A stretch of DNA of 64,000 nucleotides from Pseudomonadota bacterium (GTDB lineage: Bacteria; Desulfobacterota; Binatia; UBA12015). Shown here in pieces: positions 27,510 to 37,438 of this stretch (the first letter of the stretch is position 1; each line of letters starts with the position of its first letter). Where the stretch lies: positions 976 to 64,975 of the forward strand of contig SXLG01000013.1 of the NCBI GenBank assembly GCA_005777805.1, given 5' to 3'. The translations under genes were made by a program, and so were the position numbers. Below the pieces are notes generated by a model. The model ran no database searches, was not told the DNA's origin, and was given only the letters and a program-made list of their open reading frames with translations.

Positions 27510-28244
27510 TCAGGCCGCGTCGCCGCCGAAGCCCGTGCCGCGCTCCCAGAACCCGAGGCGCATCTTCCACGGCGTCACCATCGAGCGGGCGATCTCGGCC
27601 TTGGAGATCTTGGACGCGCCCGCGCGGCGGTCGGTGAAGACGATCGGGACCTCGACGCCGCCGAGGCCGGCCTTTACGACCCGGTACTTGAGCTCGATCA
27701 GAAACGAGTAGCCGCTGGTCCCGATCGCCGCGAGGCCGATGCGATGCAGCGCGCGCCGGGTCAGGCACTGAAAACCGCTGGTGCAGTCGCGAAAGGGCAG
27801 GCCGGTGATGGTGCGCGCGTAGGTGTTGGCGATGGTGCTCAGGATGAGGCGCGAGAGTTCCCAGTTCACGACGCTGATGCCGTTCAGATAGCGCGAGCCG
27901 ATCACCAGGTCGGCTCGCGCTGCGGCCTCGACCAGCGCCGGCAGGTAGCCGGGGTCGTGCGACCAGTCACCGTCCATCGAGATCACGGCGTCGTAGCCCT
28001 GCTCGAGCGCCCAGGTGAAGGCCTCGCGGTAGGCCGTGCCCAGGCCGAGCTTGCCGGGCCGGTGGCGGACGTGCAGGCGGGGCTCCCGCGCGGCGATTTC
28101 ATCGGCGAGCCGGCCCGTGCCGTCGGGCGAGTTGTCGTCGACGATGAGATAATCCGCGCCGACGGGCGAGCCCAGCACCGCCGCGACCAGAGCCTCGAGG
28201 TTGTCGCGCTCGTTGTAGGTGGGCGTGACGACGAGGACGCGCAT
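27510..28244 (-). CDS. GT2 polyprenyl-phosphate hexose synthase (dolichyl-phosphate mannose synthase-like)
   Basis: MRVLVVTPTYNERDNLEALV..YLIVDDNSPDGT..ISMDGDWSHDP (DPM1 family). Confidence 0.8.
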   Translation of the reverse strand: MRVLVVTPTYNERDNLEALVAAVLGSPVGADYLIVDDNSPDGTGRLADEIAAREPRLHVRHRPGKLGLGTAYREAFTWALEQGYDAVISMDGDWSHDPGYLPALVEAAARADLVIGSRYLNGISVVNWELSRLILSTIANTYARTITGLPFRDCTSGFQCLTRRALHRIGLAAIGTSGYSFLIELKYRVVKAGLGGVEVPIVFTDRRAGASKISKAEIARSMVTPWKMRLGFWERGTGFGGDAA

Positions 28245-28534
28245 TGGTTCCGTCTACCCGAGTGCGCGAGGCCTGGCTATCGGTGCGACATCGGCCCGAC
28301 TCCTGACGCCCGGCCGCTGGCGATCCGCGGCGTCATGCCGCGCGACGGCAGCAACGGAATCGCAGCAGGTGCGGGCCGCCTCGACGCAAGCAGCAACGGT
28401 CGCGTTCCGGCGGTGACCCCGCCAAGCGCGGGGCACCCCTGAGCGCTGCCATCTGCCGATCCAGAGAGACGCTGGCGGGGGCCGGCTGTTGCCATCCACC
28501 AGCGCCGCAGTGACGTGCAGCTCCCCCGAGCCCG

Positions 28535-30421
28535 CTACCAGCCGATCCCGAAGCGCTGATGGCCCTGGTAGGTGCCACGCAATTGCTCCTTGGGGTAGGA
28601 GGCCGCGAAGCAGGAACCGCCTTCGCCTTGCAGCTGGACGTGCAGCACCGCGCCATCCCTGGCGGGTTCGAGCAGCGGGTCGGCGAAGCCGAAGCGGGCG
28701 CCCAGGATCGGCGCGCCCTGCGCCGTGACGATCAGGTCGTGCTCCCCGAGCTTGACGTAGTCGAAGCCATCCTGCCGCCCGCGCTGGTCGCGGTAGACGT
28801 ATGCGCCGCCGCGATCCTGCCAACTCGAGTTCCCCGGCAGGCGAAGATCGAGGATCGGCAGCTCGTCCCAGAAGGCGCAGAGGGCCAGGTCGTCGCCGCT
28901 TTGCGGGTTGAGTCCACCGAGGTCGACTCCATTCCGCCAGCGCCAGCTCAGGCGGGGGTGCCACTGGAATTCTGGATGTTCGACGGGCGCGCCGATCAGT
29001 TTCCAGCGCGCACCGGCGGCGCCGGGTCGCGCGCAGCTCGTGCGCGCGCCGATGGCGCAGACGCCCGCGTCGCCGCAGCGCTCGCAAAGATCGCATTGCG
29101 CGTCACTGGAGCAGCTGCCGCTGTTCCCGCTGAAGCGTGCCACCGCGACACGACGGTCGTGACTATCCCACGGGCCGACCTCGCTGAAACCCGCCACCAG
29201 CAGATCGCCGTCGGGTTCGGCCGCGACCGCGAGCCCGCCGCTCCAGCCATAGCCGGGGCCCGGATGAACCGCGGCCCGGCCACCCCAGCCGAAGCTTGGA
29301 TCTACTTCACCCTCGCTCGAGAGCCTTGCTGCGCCGATCGAGCCCCAGTGGCCCCACAGGAAGCCACCCGTGGCGACCGCGATCTGGTCCTCGGGGGCGG
29401 GTGCCAGATCGAAGACGACCCCGGGCGCGTCCGCGAGGCCGGCGATGCCGTAGCTGATGTCGAGGTGGCCATCGGGGTCGTAGCGCACCAGCTTGCCCAC
29501 GTAGTACTCGCCGTCGCCGACCGCGGCCGAGACGAGCAGGCGTTGATCGGCGAGGAGGATGAGATCGCTGGCTTGGTTCCGCCCCGGCCACTCCAGTTCG
29601 GCGAGTCCCCCGACCCCGAAGGTGCCGTCGACGCTGCCCTCGGCCAGCAGCCGCAGGAGCATCAGTTCGGGCGCTGCCGCCTCTCCGTGTCCGCCGGCCA
29701 ACAGGATACGATTACTGTCATCGACGGCGACCCCGTAGGCCCATTCGCGTCCGCCGAGATCGATCTCGACCATCCCGTCGTCGCCGAAGCTCGGGTCGAG
29801 TGTCCCGTCCACGAAGAATCGACCCGCGAGCGCGTCGACGGCGCCGGTAGTGGCTGCGGTGCTGTAGCCGGCGAGCACGATGCGCCCCGCGCTATCAAGC
29901 GCTGCATCAGTCGCGACGGCTCCGAGGTTGACGCCGCCGGAAGGGGACTCGGCCACGACGATTCCTCCGGTACCGAAGGTCGGATCGAGCGTGCCATCGC
30001 CGGATTGCCCGGTCAGAACCCAGCGCGCTGACGAACCCGCTCCCAGGGTGCCCACTGTGATGATGCGGCCATCCGGATGCAGCAGGACCCGTTCGAGGCG
30101 GGCAATCCCACCGACCTCCAACCTCGCGACACCCTCCTCGCCGAACGTGGTGTCCAACACTCCATCGGTGGTGAGACGGTAGAGGTCGAAGGTCGAGGAG
30201 TTCTCGCCACGGGCGCCCACGACGAGCTTGCCGTCATTCTGCAGAGCGGCGTCCATGGCGTAGCGGGGTCGGTCGTCTGCGGCGACGAAAATGCCGTCGG
30301 TGCCAAACGAGGGGTCGGGATCGCCCGCGGCGCCCAGGGCGGGGGAGGAGACGGCGAGCGTGGACGTGACCGCCAGCGCGCAGGCGCAGGCAAGCTGAAT
30401 TTGGCGGGCCAGAGCAGGCAT
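28535..30421 (-). CDS. Secreted delta-60 repeat domain protein (beta-propeller) with Cys-rich C-terminal region
   Basis: Signal peptide MPALARQIQLACACALAVTSTLAVSSPALGAAG, with GGAGG upstream. Repeated D-P/T-S-F-G-x-x-G-I/V blocks (SFGTDGI, TFGEEGV, TFGTGGI, SFGDDGM, TFGVGGL, SFGWGG). C-terminal CSSDAQCDLCERCGDAGVC. Confidence 0.65.
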   Translation of the reverse strand: MPALARQIQLACACALAVTSTLAVSSPALGAAGDPDPSFGTDGIFVAADDRPRYAMDAALQNDGKLVVGARGENSSTFDLYRLTTDGVLDTTFGEEGVARLEVGGIARLERVLLHPDGRIITVGTLGAGSSARWVLTGQSGDGTLDPTFGTGGIVVAESPSGGVNLGAVATDAALDSAGRIVLAGYSTAATTGAVDALAGRFFVDGTLDPSFGDDGMVEIDLGGREWAYGVAVDDSNRILLAGGHGEAAAPELMLLRLLAEGSVDGTFGVGGLAELEWPGRNQASDLILLADQRLLVSAAVGDGEYYVGKLVRYDPDGHLDISYGIAGLADAPGVVFDLAPAPEDQIAVATGGFLWGHWGSIGAARLSSEGEVDPSFGWGGRAAVHPGPGYGWSGGLAVAAEPDGDLLVAGFSEVGPWDSHDRRVAVARFSGNSGSCSSDAQCDLCERCGDAGVCAIGARTSCARPGAAGARWKLIGAPVEHPEFQWHPRLSWRWRNGVDLGGLNPQSGDDLALCAFWDELPILDLRLPGNSSWQDRGGAYVYRDQRGRQDGFDYVKLGEHDLIVTAQGAPILGARFGFADPLLEPARDGAVLHVQLQGEGGSCFAASYPKEQLRGTYQGHQRFGIGW

Positions 30422-30466
30422 GAGAGGCCTCCAGGCTTGATCGAACGTGTTTTCGGTCGGCTGGGG

Positions 30467-30563
30467 CGGCAGGTTGGCCAAGTTCCCCGGAGCTTCGAGT
30501 TTCCCGGAGAACGCCAGAGGGCCGTCCGCGGCTGGACATGCAGGTTAGCCAGGTTCCCCGGAC
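30467..30563 (-). promoter_or_regulatory. Two copies of a 26 bp motif (minus-strand sense GGGGAAC(T/C)TGGC(C/T)AACCTGC) spaced about 71 bp apart upstream of the delta-60 gene; GGAAC resembles an ECF-sigma -35 element
   Basis: Direct reading: plus-strand CAGGTTGGCCAAGTTCCCCGGA and CAGGTTAGCCAGGTTCCCCGGA. The ECF assignment is an inference from the GGAACTT resemblance only. Confidence 0.3.
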
Positions 30564-30717
30564 CCTGTCGAGGCCCGGCGGCGGAGGCCAAGCGGCGAAG
30601 GCCCGGAGGCAGAAGAGCGCGAACAGGCTCGGCTGCTGATCGGCGCCCCCCAGGGGGACTAGCCCGCCGTTCTCGCCCCCGCCCTCACCTCCCGGGGAGG
30701 CGCGCCGGATGGCCGGC

Positions 30718-31488
30718 TCAGGCGCGGCGTGCGCGCAGCATCAGCGTCGACCAGCGCGCCGAGGGCAGGAGTTTCGTGGCCGCTCGTTCGCAGCCGTCAA
30801 GGAACTTATCCATGAGGGCCAGCCGACCGAGTCGGGGCAGGCCGAGGTCTGGATGGAGCAGTGCCCGTTCGATCGGCAGCGGTGCCAGCACTCCCTGCTC
30901 GATGCTGGTGAGGGGCAGATCTGCGACCAGCGCGCGCAGGAAGGCGGCGTCGAGGCGGGCCGCGCCGCGCTCGGCGGGCACCAGCGCCATCTGCAAGCGG
31001 ATCAATGGATTGCGGGCGTTGGGTTCGAGCAGGACGAGCCGTCCGCCCGGTACCAGCACGCGCACGGCCTCGGCGACCGCCCGCGCCGGCTGGGGCAGGT
31101 GATGCAGGACGTCGCGGATCAGGACCGTGCGGAACGAAGCGTCGGCGAAGGGCAGGGCGCCGGCGTCAGCGCACGCGAAGCGCGCGCCCGCGAGCGCCCG
31201 CCGGGCCGAGCCGACCCGGGCAGGAAAGGCGTCGAGGCCGATCAGCGGCCCCGGGCCGCCGTCGCTGGGCAGCGCGAGTAGGTGGAAGAGGTTGCCGCCC
31301 TCGCCGCAGCCGATCTCGAGCAGCGGGCGGGTGACGGGTGCCAGTGCCAGTGCCAATAGGCGCGCCTCGCGCACCGCGAAGCCCGGGCCACGGGTTTGCC
31401 AGACGAAGTGGCGGTCGTCGGCGCGCTCGAAGTGCGCGCGCTGGACCCTCTCGAATTTGCTCCCAGCCACGCGCGCCCGGGTTACCAT
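30718..31488 (-). CDS. Class I SAM-dependent methyltransferase
   Basis: LLEIGCGEGGNLFHLL (motif I); VLIRDVLHHLPQPARAVAEAVRVLVPGGRLVLLEPN (motifs II-III). Start chosen at MVTRA; the longer track ORF is also possible. Confidence 0.7.
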   Translation of the reverse strand: MVTRARVAGSKFERVQRAHFERADDRHFVWQTRGPGFAVREARLLALALAPVTRPLLEIGCGEGGNLFHLLALPSDGGPGPLIGLDAFPARVGSARRALAGARFACADAGALPFADASFRTVLIRDVLHHLPQPARAVAEAVRVLVPGGRLVLLEPNARNPLIRLQMALVPAERGAARLDAAFLRALVADLPLTSIEQGVLAPLPIERALLHPDLGLPRLGRLALMDKFLDGCERAATKLLPSARWSTLMLRARRA

Positions 31489-31679
31489 GCGATCGCTCCG
31501 GGCCGAACCCGGGCGCGTGCACGCCGAGACCCGGCCCGCGTCTCGGGGATCGCCGGCGGAGCGGTTCGCGATCTTGTTTGCTCGTGCATTGTGGATCATC
31601 AACGCTGGGGACAGCCTGAGCGATGAGAGCCGCAGCGCCGTGGTGCGAGAGCACGGGCAGAGCGGCCGCGGGGGAGAGT

Positions 31680-32090
31680 ATGGCGATCGCTCTGGACACG
31701 CTTGTGTACGCGCGGAAACTGAGAGAAGTTGGCTTCAGCGTGGAGCAGGCCGAAGGGCAGGCAGTCGCGCTCGCGGCGGCGATGAGCGATTCCCTTTTGA
31801 CCAAGCAGGACCTGAGCAAGTTCGAGTTGCGCCTCGAGCCGCGCTTTTCCCGGATCGACATTCGTTTCGAGCAAATCGAGGCCGATCTCCGGCATTTGCG
31901 CGAGCACCTCGACACGCGCTTCGCAGAGCTGGAGAGACGGTTGGAGCTGCGCCTCGACCTTCATCTTGCCGAGCAGGACGCCCGCATCGAGGCACGGTTC
32001 GCCGATCTGGACCGCCGCCTCACCATCCGGCTGGGCACCATGATGATCGCGACGGCGGGGGCGGTCTCGGCTCTAGCCCGGCTGCTCTGA
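31680..32090 (+). CDS. DUF1640-like small coiled-coil protein
   Basis: ATG preceded by GGGGGAGAG. MAIALDTLVYARKLREVGFSVEQAEGQAVAL.. followed by heptad-rich coiled coil and a C-terminal hydrophobic helix, as in the DUF1640 family. Confidence 0.55.
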   Translation: MAIALDTLVYARKLREVGFSVEQAEGQAVALAAAMSDSLLTKQDLSKFELRLEPRFSRIDIRFEQIEADLRHLREHLDTRFAELERRLELRLDLHLAEQDARIEARFADLDRRLTIRLGTMMIATAGAVSALARLL

Positions 32091-32211
32091 GCCAGAGGCC
32101 TCGTCAGGCCGGCGCGCGCTGGGCACGGCACCCACGGGTGGTGATTCCGGTGGTGTGGCGCCGAGGCCGTGGCTTGCAACTCGTTCGCACCAGCACGTAA
32201 CGTGGCTGGAT

Positions 32212-33708
32212 ATGGCACGACGAGATGCAGAGTTCTTCCCGGTGCGATCGCTCGCGGCTTTATTGAGCGTGATGATCGCGGCTTCGTGTGGCTCGGTGGC
32301 GGACCGGGGGGCAGTGCTCGAGGCCGTCAATCCACTTGCCGAGGGGCCGATCGCGGGCACGCCCTGGTTGCAGTCGACGAGTTTCGATCTCGCCGAGGTC
32401 GGCTACCGGCAGAGCGAGTTCTTTCTCTCCGGAACCGCGAGCGGCTTCGTCAGTGATGCCCCGCTCGGCGTCGATGGCCGCTGGGCGGCGCGGCCCGAGG
32501 GGAGTGCTCCCTACCGCACCCGGGTCGTCGTGCGGCGCCCGATCGACCGGGCACGCTTCAACGGCACCGTGCTGGTCGAATGGTTCAACGTCAGTGGCGG
32601 CCTCGATGCCGCCCCCGACTGGACGTTGATGCACACCGAGTTCACGCGCGAGGGCTACGCCTGGGTCGGCGTTTCGGCGCAGTTCGTCGGCATCGAGGGT
32701 GGCGTCACGGCGATCCCCGGCGTCTCGGGCCTGCATCTCAAGGGCTACAACCCCGCGCGCTACGGCTCGCTGAGCCATCCCGGCGACAGCTTCTCCTACG
32801 ACATCTTCTCGCAGGCGGCCCAGGCCGTGCGTCAGCCACGCGGTGTCGATCTGCTCGATGGGCTTCGGCCGAGCCGGATGCTTGCCATCGGCGAATCACA
32901 GTCGGCCTTTCGCCTGGTCACCTATGTGAATGCGGTGCAGCCACTACTGCGCCTGTTCGACGGCTTCCTGATCCACAGCCGGGGGGGCACGGGAGCCTCT
33001 CTCTCGCAGGCGCCGCAGCAGGCGATCACGCCCCCGGCCGGTTCGCGCGTGCGCGATGATCTGAGCGAGCCGGTCCTCACGTTCGAGACCGAGACCGATT
33101 TGATCACGCTCGGTTTCCTTGCGGCACGCCAACCCGACTCCGATGGGTTTCGGCTCTGGGAGGTGGCGGGTACGGCGCACGCCGATACCTACCTGTTGCA
33201 GGTCGGCCCCCGTGATCGCGGCGACTCGCCCGATGCGGCAAATGTCATCATCAGTGCCGAGCCGATTCCGGGCATCATCCGCTGCGGGACGCCGATCAAC
33301 TCGGGCCCTCAGCATTTCGTGCTCGATGCAGCGATCACGGCCCTTGACCGCTGGGTACGGGGCGAGGGCGCGCCGACCCCGGCACCACGGCTCGAACTCG
33401 AGGGCACGCCGGCCGCCTACGTCACCGACGAGCACGGCAACGTGCGCGGCGGGATCCGGACCTCCTGGGTCGATGCGCCGGTCGCCATGCTCTCGGGCCT
33501 CGGTCAGACGGGGGTCGGGTTCTGTGGTATTTTTGGCACGACCGTTCCTTTCGACGAGGCGAAGCTGGCTGCGCTCTATCCGTCACATGCCGACTATGTC
33601 AGGGCGGTCGAGGTCTCGACCCGTGCCGCCGAGGCGGCAGGCTTCCTTCGTCCAGCGGATGCCGATCTGATCGAGGAGGCTGCGGCCCGATCGACCATCG
33701 GGGGCTGA
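32212..33708 (+). CDS. Putative lipoprotein alpha/beta-fold hydrolase (GESQS nucleophile elbow)
   Basis: Signal with Cys (LAALLSVMIAASCGS). GxSxG-type motif LAIGESQSAF. No confident family assignment. Confidence 0.5.
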   Translation: MARRDAEFFPVRSLAALLSVMIAASCGSVADRGAVLEAVNPLAEGPIAGTPWLQSTSFDLAEVGYRQSEFFLSGTASGFVSDAPLGVDGRWAARPEGSAPYRTRVVVRRPIDRARFNGTVLVEWFNVSGGLDAAPDWTLMHTEFTREGYAWVGVSAQFVGIEGGVTAIPGVSGLHLKGYNPARYGSLSHPGDSFSYDIFSQAAQAVRQPRGVDLLDGLRPSRMLAIGESQSAFRLVTYVNAVQPLLRLFDGFLIHSRGGTGASLSQAPQQAITPPAGSRVRDDLSEPVLTFETETDLITLGFLAARQPDSDGFRLWEVAGTAHADTYLLQVGPRDRGDSPDAANVIISAEPIPGIIRCGTPINSGPQHFVLDAAITALDRWVRGEGAPTPAPRLELEGTPAAYVTDEHGNVRGGIRTSWVDAPVAMLSGLGQTGVGFCGIFGTTVPFDEAKLAALYPSHADYVRAVEVSTRAAEAAGFLRPADADLIEEAAARSTIGG

Positions 33709-33764
33709 ATCCGCCCCCGCGGCGGCGCGCGGTCCGCCGTGGTGGCGCCCGAGGGCTGCTGGCC

Positions 33765-36700
33765 TCAATCGAGGTCAAATTCGAGAGGTGACACAGGGTC
33801 GGGGTCGTAGCAACAGAGGCGGCCCGTCGTGATCTGGCGTTGGAGATGGACTCCGAGCACCGGTGACACGACCGCGATGTCCCGCAGGGCGGAGCGGATC
33901 GTGCGTGTCACGTTGACGCGCGCACGCTCGTCGGCCGACGCCATGCCCCGTGTGCGGCCACCGAGACCGAGTGAGCGGGCGAGTTGTCCGACGAGAATCT
34001 CGCGTTCGGTCCGCAATGCTTCGGTACGACCGAGGTCGGCTGACTCCTCGCATGCGGCCAGGTCGGCACCCAGATCGCGGATCCGCTGGCGGAGGTTTGC
34101 GCGGGCCCGGTCGTCCAGCATGGGGTCGAACGACGGACTGGAATCCTCGCCGAGCCCCTCGCGCGCGCGACTCCCCTGGCCGGTGCCCGTGGTGGGCATC
34201 GTTTGACGGAACAAATCGAGCGCCAGATGGGATACGCCGGAGGTCTGCAGCAAGCGTAGGATCTGACTCATCCCGCGTGAGTCGCGCACGACCCCGCCTT
34301 GCCCCCGGAAGGCGATCTGCCAGGTGGCGCCGGTGCGGCGGAGGCTGACGGTGCGCTCCTCGCTCCGAGCGGGTGAGTCGGCGGCGATGGGGGTGAGGCG
34401 GGCCGCGGCAGTTGGTCCACGCGCGGCTTCTGCGAGGGCGATCAAGCCGATCAGCCGCGGCAGTGTATGTACCCGTCCGAATTCAGTGCACTCGAGCAGC
34501 ATTCGTTCGGCACGCCGTTCCTGCGCAGGCGAGCCCTCCTGGCGGAGTGCCTGGGCCAGCAGCACGCGGTCATGGGCCGCCCGCAAGAGGTTGCCGCTCC
34601 CCATATCCGCCACCAAGGCCTTCTCGAAGCTCGCTCTTGCATCCTGTGGGCGTCCGAGAGTGTTTTCGAGGAGGCCGAGAAAGCGGTGCACCGAGCCCCA
34701 GCAGTCGGCGCCGGAAATCGCGACGACGTGTTGTCGCGCATGCGGCGCGAGCAGGTCGTGGAGTTCGGCGGCCGCCGCGTAGGCACCCAATGCCGCGGCG
34801 ACCTCCGCCCACGCGGCCAGGGTGCCGAGCCAGGTGCCGTTCCTTGGCCGCCCGGCGAAACCCGTCGCGTGGACAAGCGCCAGTCCCTCGCGAGCTTCGT
34901 CGAGCCGGCCTTCATCGAGATGGAGGAGGGCATGGATGGGCCGCCAGAGAGAGGTCACCGGAACCCGCCCGGCCATGACGGCGACCTCGGTCTCGCGCTC
35001 GACGGTTCGTTGCCACTCGCGCAGGATGCCGAGGCGCTGCACGAGGAAGCTTTGCTCGCGAATCGTGGTATTGCCGTCAAGTATGCCTTCGAGTTCGAAC
35101 TCGGTCGCCGTGAGGCGGGCATCGGCGGTGTCGAGACGCGCCATCATGATGTCGCGAGTCCCCTCGGCAAGACGCAGCGCGCCGAGGCGGGTGGGGTGCA
35201 GCCCGGCGCCGGCTTCGGTCTGCCAGGCCTGCAAATTGGACGCGTAGTCAGCTTGTGATCCGGCACCGAGGGCGTCGGCGGCCTTCCAGATTCGGGCCTG
35301 ATTGACGAGAGCTGCACTTCGCGGAGCTGCGCTCGCGAGCTCGATCATCTCCGCGGACAGGCGCTCCTGGGCCGGAACATCATCGGGGCCCCAGAGGGCG
35401 AGCCGAAGCGCGGGCAGAACCGAACGAAGGTGGACGAGGTCTCCCAGCCGACGAGCCTCGGCCACTGCGGCATTTGCCAGCGCTCGGCAGCGCCTGGAAT
35501 CGGAGGAGAAGGAGAGCAGAGTCGAGGTTCGTGCGCGCAGGGACGAAGATAATTTAGTATTTGCTCCGTCGATCGCGCCCAGAGCTTCCGCGAGTAGATC
35601 CATATCTCCCCAGCGGACGGAGCCGTCGAGGGAGTGCGAAGGCACCATCGCGAGGGCAGCCTGCGCGAGGAGATTGAAGTCGCCGGCGGCACGGGCACGT
35701 TCAATCAGGGTGGCGCAGATCGCCATGCCCTGTCCGCGATCCCCCGCGTCGGTGCGGGCCCGCGCGAAGTCGAGCAGCAGGTCCGTGGGGCAGGCGGAGG
35801 CCTGTTCTCCGTGGCAATCGATCGCGGTCTGGAACCAGTCTGCGGCCTCGATCGGGTCACCACTCGCCTGTGCCGCCGCGCCGGCGCGGCGCGCCCAGCG
35901 CTCGAGCTGCATGGTTTCGGAGATCGGGAGCGCCTCGCGGAGATGGCGGGCGATCTCGATCGACGAGGCCCCGGGAGCGGGTTCCTCGTCTTCGGAGCCG
36001 AGTTGCTGCGCGGCCTGGAGGTGCAACCTCTCCTGCTCGGCGCGGGGGATGCGCGCGAGCATGGCCTCCCGGAGGAGGTCGTTGCTGAAGCTGTAGCGGA
36101 GGGTGATGCCGGGCAACGTGACGAGAAGCCGGTCGGCCACAGCGGCGTCGAGCGTTTGTCGAAGCAAGATTGTTTTGCCCGCGAAGTGCCCCTGGAGGCG
36201 CTCCAGTGGAACTTCTCGACCGAGAATGGCGAGGGTCGTCAACAGGGATTGTGTCTCGAGAGGGATGCCGTCGAGGCGGGCATCGAGAAAGAGCTTCCCG
36301 CCAAGGCTCGGGCCCGCGTGCCCGGCGAAATCGGAGGAGATCTCCCGCCGGAGGAGATCGGAGAGCAGAAACGGATTGCCGGCCGTCAGCGTCATCAGCC
36401 GATGCACGGTGGTGGCCGATGTGGGTCGGCCCAGGGCGGCGAGTAGCTGCTGCGCTTCGTCGTAGGTGAAGGGATCGAGGGCGATGGGCAAGACGTTGCG
36501 CAGCAGGCGCTGGAAGACGGGCCGGCGCGGTCCCGACGTCCAGATTTCGCTCTCGCGCGCCGTCGCGACAATCAACAGGGGCAACTCCGCGGCGACACGC
36601 AGGAGCCGCTCGAGGACAGCCAGCGAGGTGTGATCCGCCCAGTGGAGGTCGTCCAGTACGAGGAGTGTCGGGCCGCAGGCACGCGTCAGGGCCGCGATGG

Positions 36701-37103
36701 CTCGGCTGGCCCCGAAGCCCGCCGTCATCAGGTTCTGCCCCGTGAGTTCCGCCAGGCTCTTCCCGTCAGCTATTTCTTGAAGATCGTCGCGCAAGGGTGC
36801 GGGCAGGTTTGCCGCGCTTGCCACCTCGAGCATCTGGGCGACGATCTCGGGCCATGGCGCGTTGGCGGGGGAGGTGTCCTGCTCCGAGCAGGCGGCCCAG
36901 GCCACGCTCAGCGCGCCGCGCGCGCGTTCGGCGAGCTGGCGCGCCAGGAAGGTCTTGCCTACCCCCGCATCCCCCGTGATCAGAGCTGCCGCGCCACTCC
37001 CACTGCTCGCCAGATCGAGAAGATGGCCGAGGGTGCGCAGCGGTTCCTCGCGCCCGACCAGGATTGAGTTCGAGGGAAGGATTTCGGGCGGGCGCTCGGG
37101 CAT
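33765..37103 (-). CDS. Large ATP-binding regulator (AAA_16 NTPase plus TPR-like helical array plus possible C-terminal HTH; LAL/MalT-like or STAND-like)
   Basis: N-terminal Walker A ITGDAGVGKTFLARQLAERA within an AAA_16-like domain. About 700 aa of alpha-helical repeats. C-terminal ERARVNVTRTIRSALRDIA resembles a LuxR/sigma-region-4-type recognition helix (weak). Confidence 0.55.
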   Translation of the reverse strand: MPERPPEILPSNSILVGREEPLRTLGHLLDLASSGSGAAALITGDAGVGKTFLARQLAERARGALSVAWAACSEQDTSPANAPWPEIVAQMLEVASAANLPAPLRDDLQEIADGKSLAELTGQNLMTAGFGASRAIAALTRACGPTLLVLDDLHWADHTSLAVLERLLRVAAELPLLIVATARESEIWTSGPRRPVFQRLLRNVLPIALDPFTYDEAQQLLAALGRPTSATTVHRLMTLTAGNPFLLSDLLRREISSDFAGHAGPSLGGKLFLDARLDGIPLETQSLLTTLAILGREVPLERLQGHFAGKTILLRQTLDAAVADRLLVTLPGITLRYSFSNDLLREAMLARIPRAEQERLHLQAAQQLGSEDEEPAPGASSIEIARHLREALPISETMQLERWARRAGAAAQASGDPIEAADWFQTAIDCHGEQASACPTDLLLDFARARTDAGDRGQGMAICATLIERARAAGDFNLLAQAALAMVPSHSLDGSVRWGDMDLLAEALGAIDGANTKLSSSLRARTSTLLSFSSDSRRCRALANAAVAEARRLGDLVHLRSVLPALRLALWGPDDVPAQERLSAEMIELASAAPRSAALVNQARIWKAADALGAGSQADYASNLQAWQTEAGAGLHPTRLGALRLAEGTRDIMMARLDTADARLTATEFELEGILDGNTTIREQSFLVQRLGILREWQRTVERETEVAVMAGRVPVTSLWRPIHALLHLDEGRLDEAREGLALVHATGFAGRPRNGTWLGTLAAWAEVAAALGAYAAAAELHDLLAPHARQHVVAISGADCWGSVHRFLGLLENTLGRPQDARASFEKALVADMGSGNLLRAAHDRVLLAQALRQEGSPAQERRAERMLLECTEFGRVHTLPRLIGLIALAEAARGPTAAARLTPIAADSPARSEERTVSLRRTGATWQIAFRGQGGVVRDSRGMSQILRLLQTSGVSHLALDLFRQTMPTTGTGQGSRAREGLGEDSSPSFDPMLDDRARANLRQRIRDLGADLAACEESADLGRTEALRTEREILVGQLARSLGLGGRTRGMASADERARVNVTRTIRSALRDIAVVSPVLGVHLQRQITTGRLCCYDPDPVSPLEFDLD

Positions 37104-37418
37104 CTCGGTGACTTCCGCCGTAGCTACCTAGATCGGATCGCCCCAAATTCCAAGTGGACTGCTGGGTCGGCGGCAGGAATTTTGTGGTGGGTGCATTCCC
37201 GGTGGCGGGACGGGGGCCGTGTCCGGCTCCTGCGACACCGAGGCCTGCGGTCTGGCGGCGCCCCGCGGTGCGCCTGCATGTCGGGCTTGCGCCGCCGGCC
37301 GTGGCCGACTCGCCATGCCCCGGCAACCTCCGCGCGAACGTCATCGAAGCTCCGGGGAGAGAGCGACCGCTCGTGGCTGGCTCGCCTCGGCAGCTTGTCG
37401 GCGATTTGCTCGTTAGCC

Positions 37419-37438
37419 GCCGACCGCTCGTGGTCGGC
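37419..37438. promoter_or_regulatory. Perfect inverted repeat GCCGACC-N6-GGTCGGC in the 507 bp divergent region between the LAL-like regulator and the GST-like gene; part of a 22 bp direct repeat (also near 37364-37386)
   Basis: Direct reading: GACCGCTCGTGGCTGGCTCGCC and GACCGCTCGTGGTCGGCTCGCC, 58 bp apart. Confidence 0.3.
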
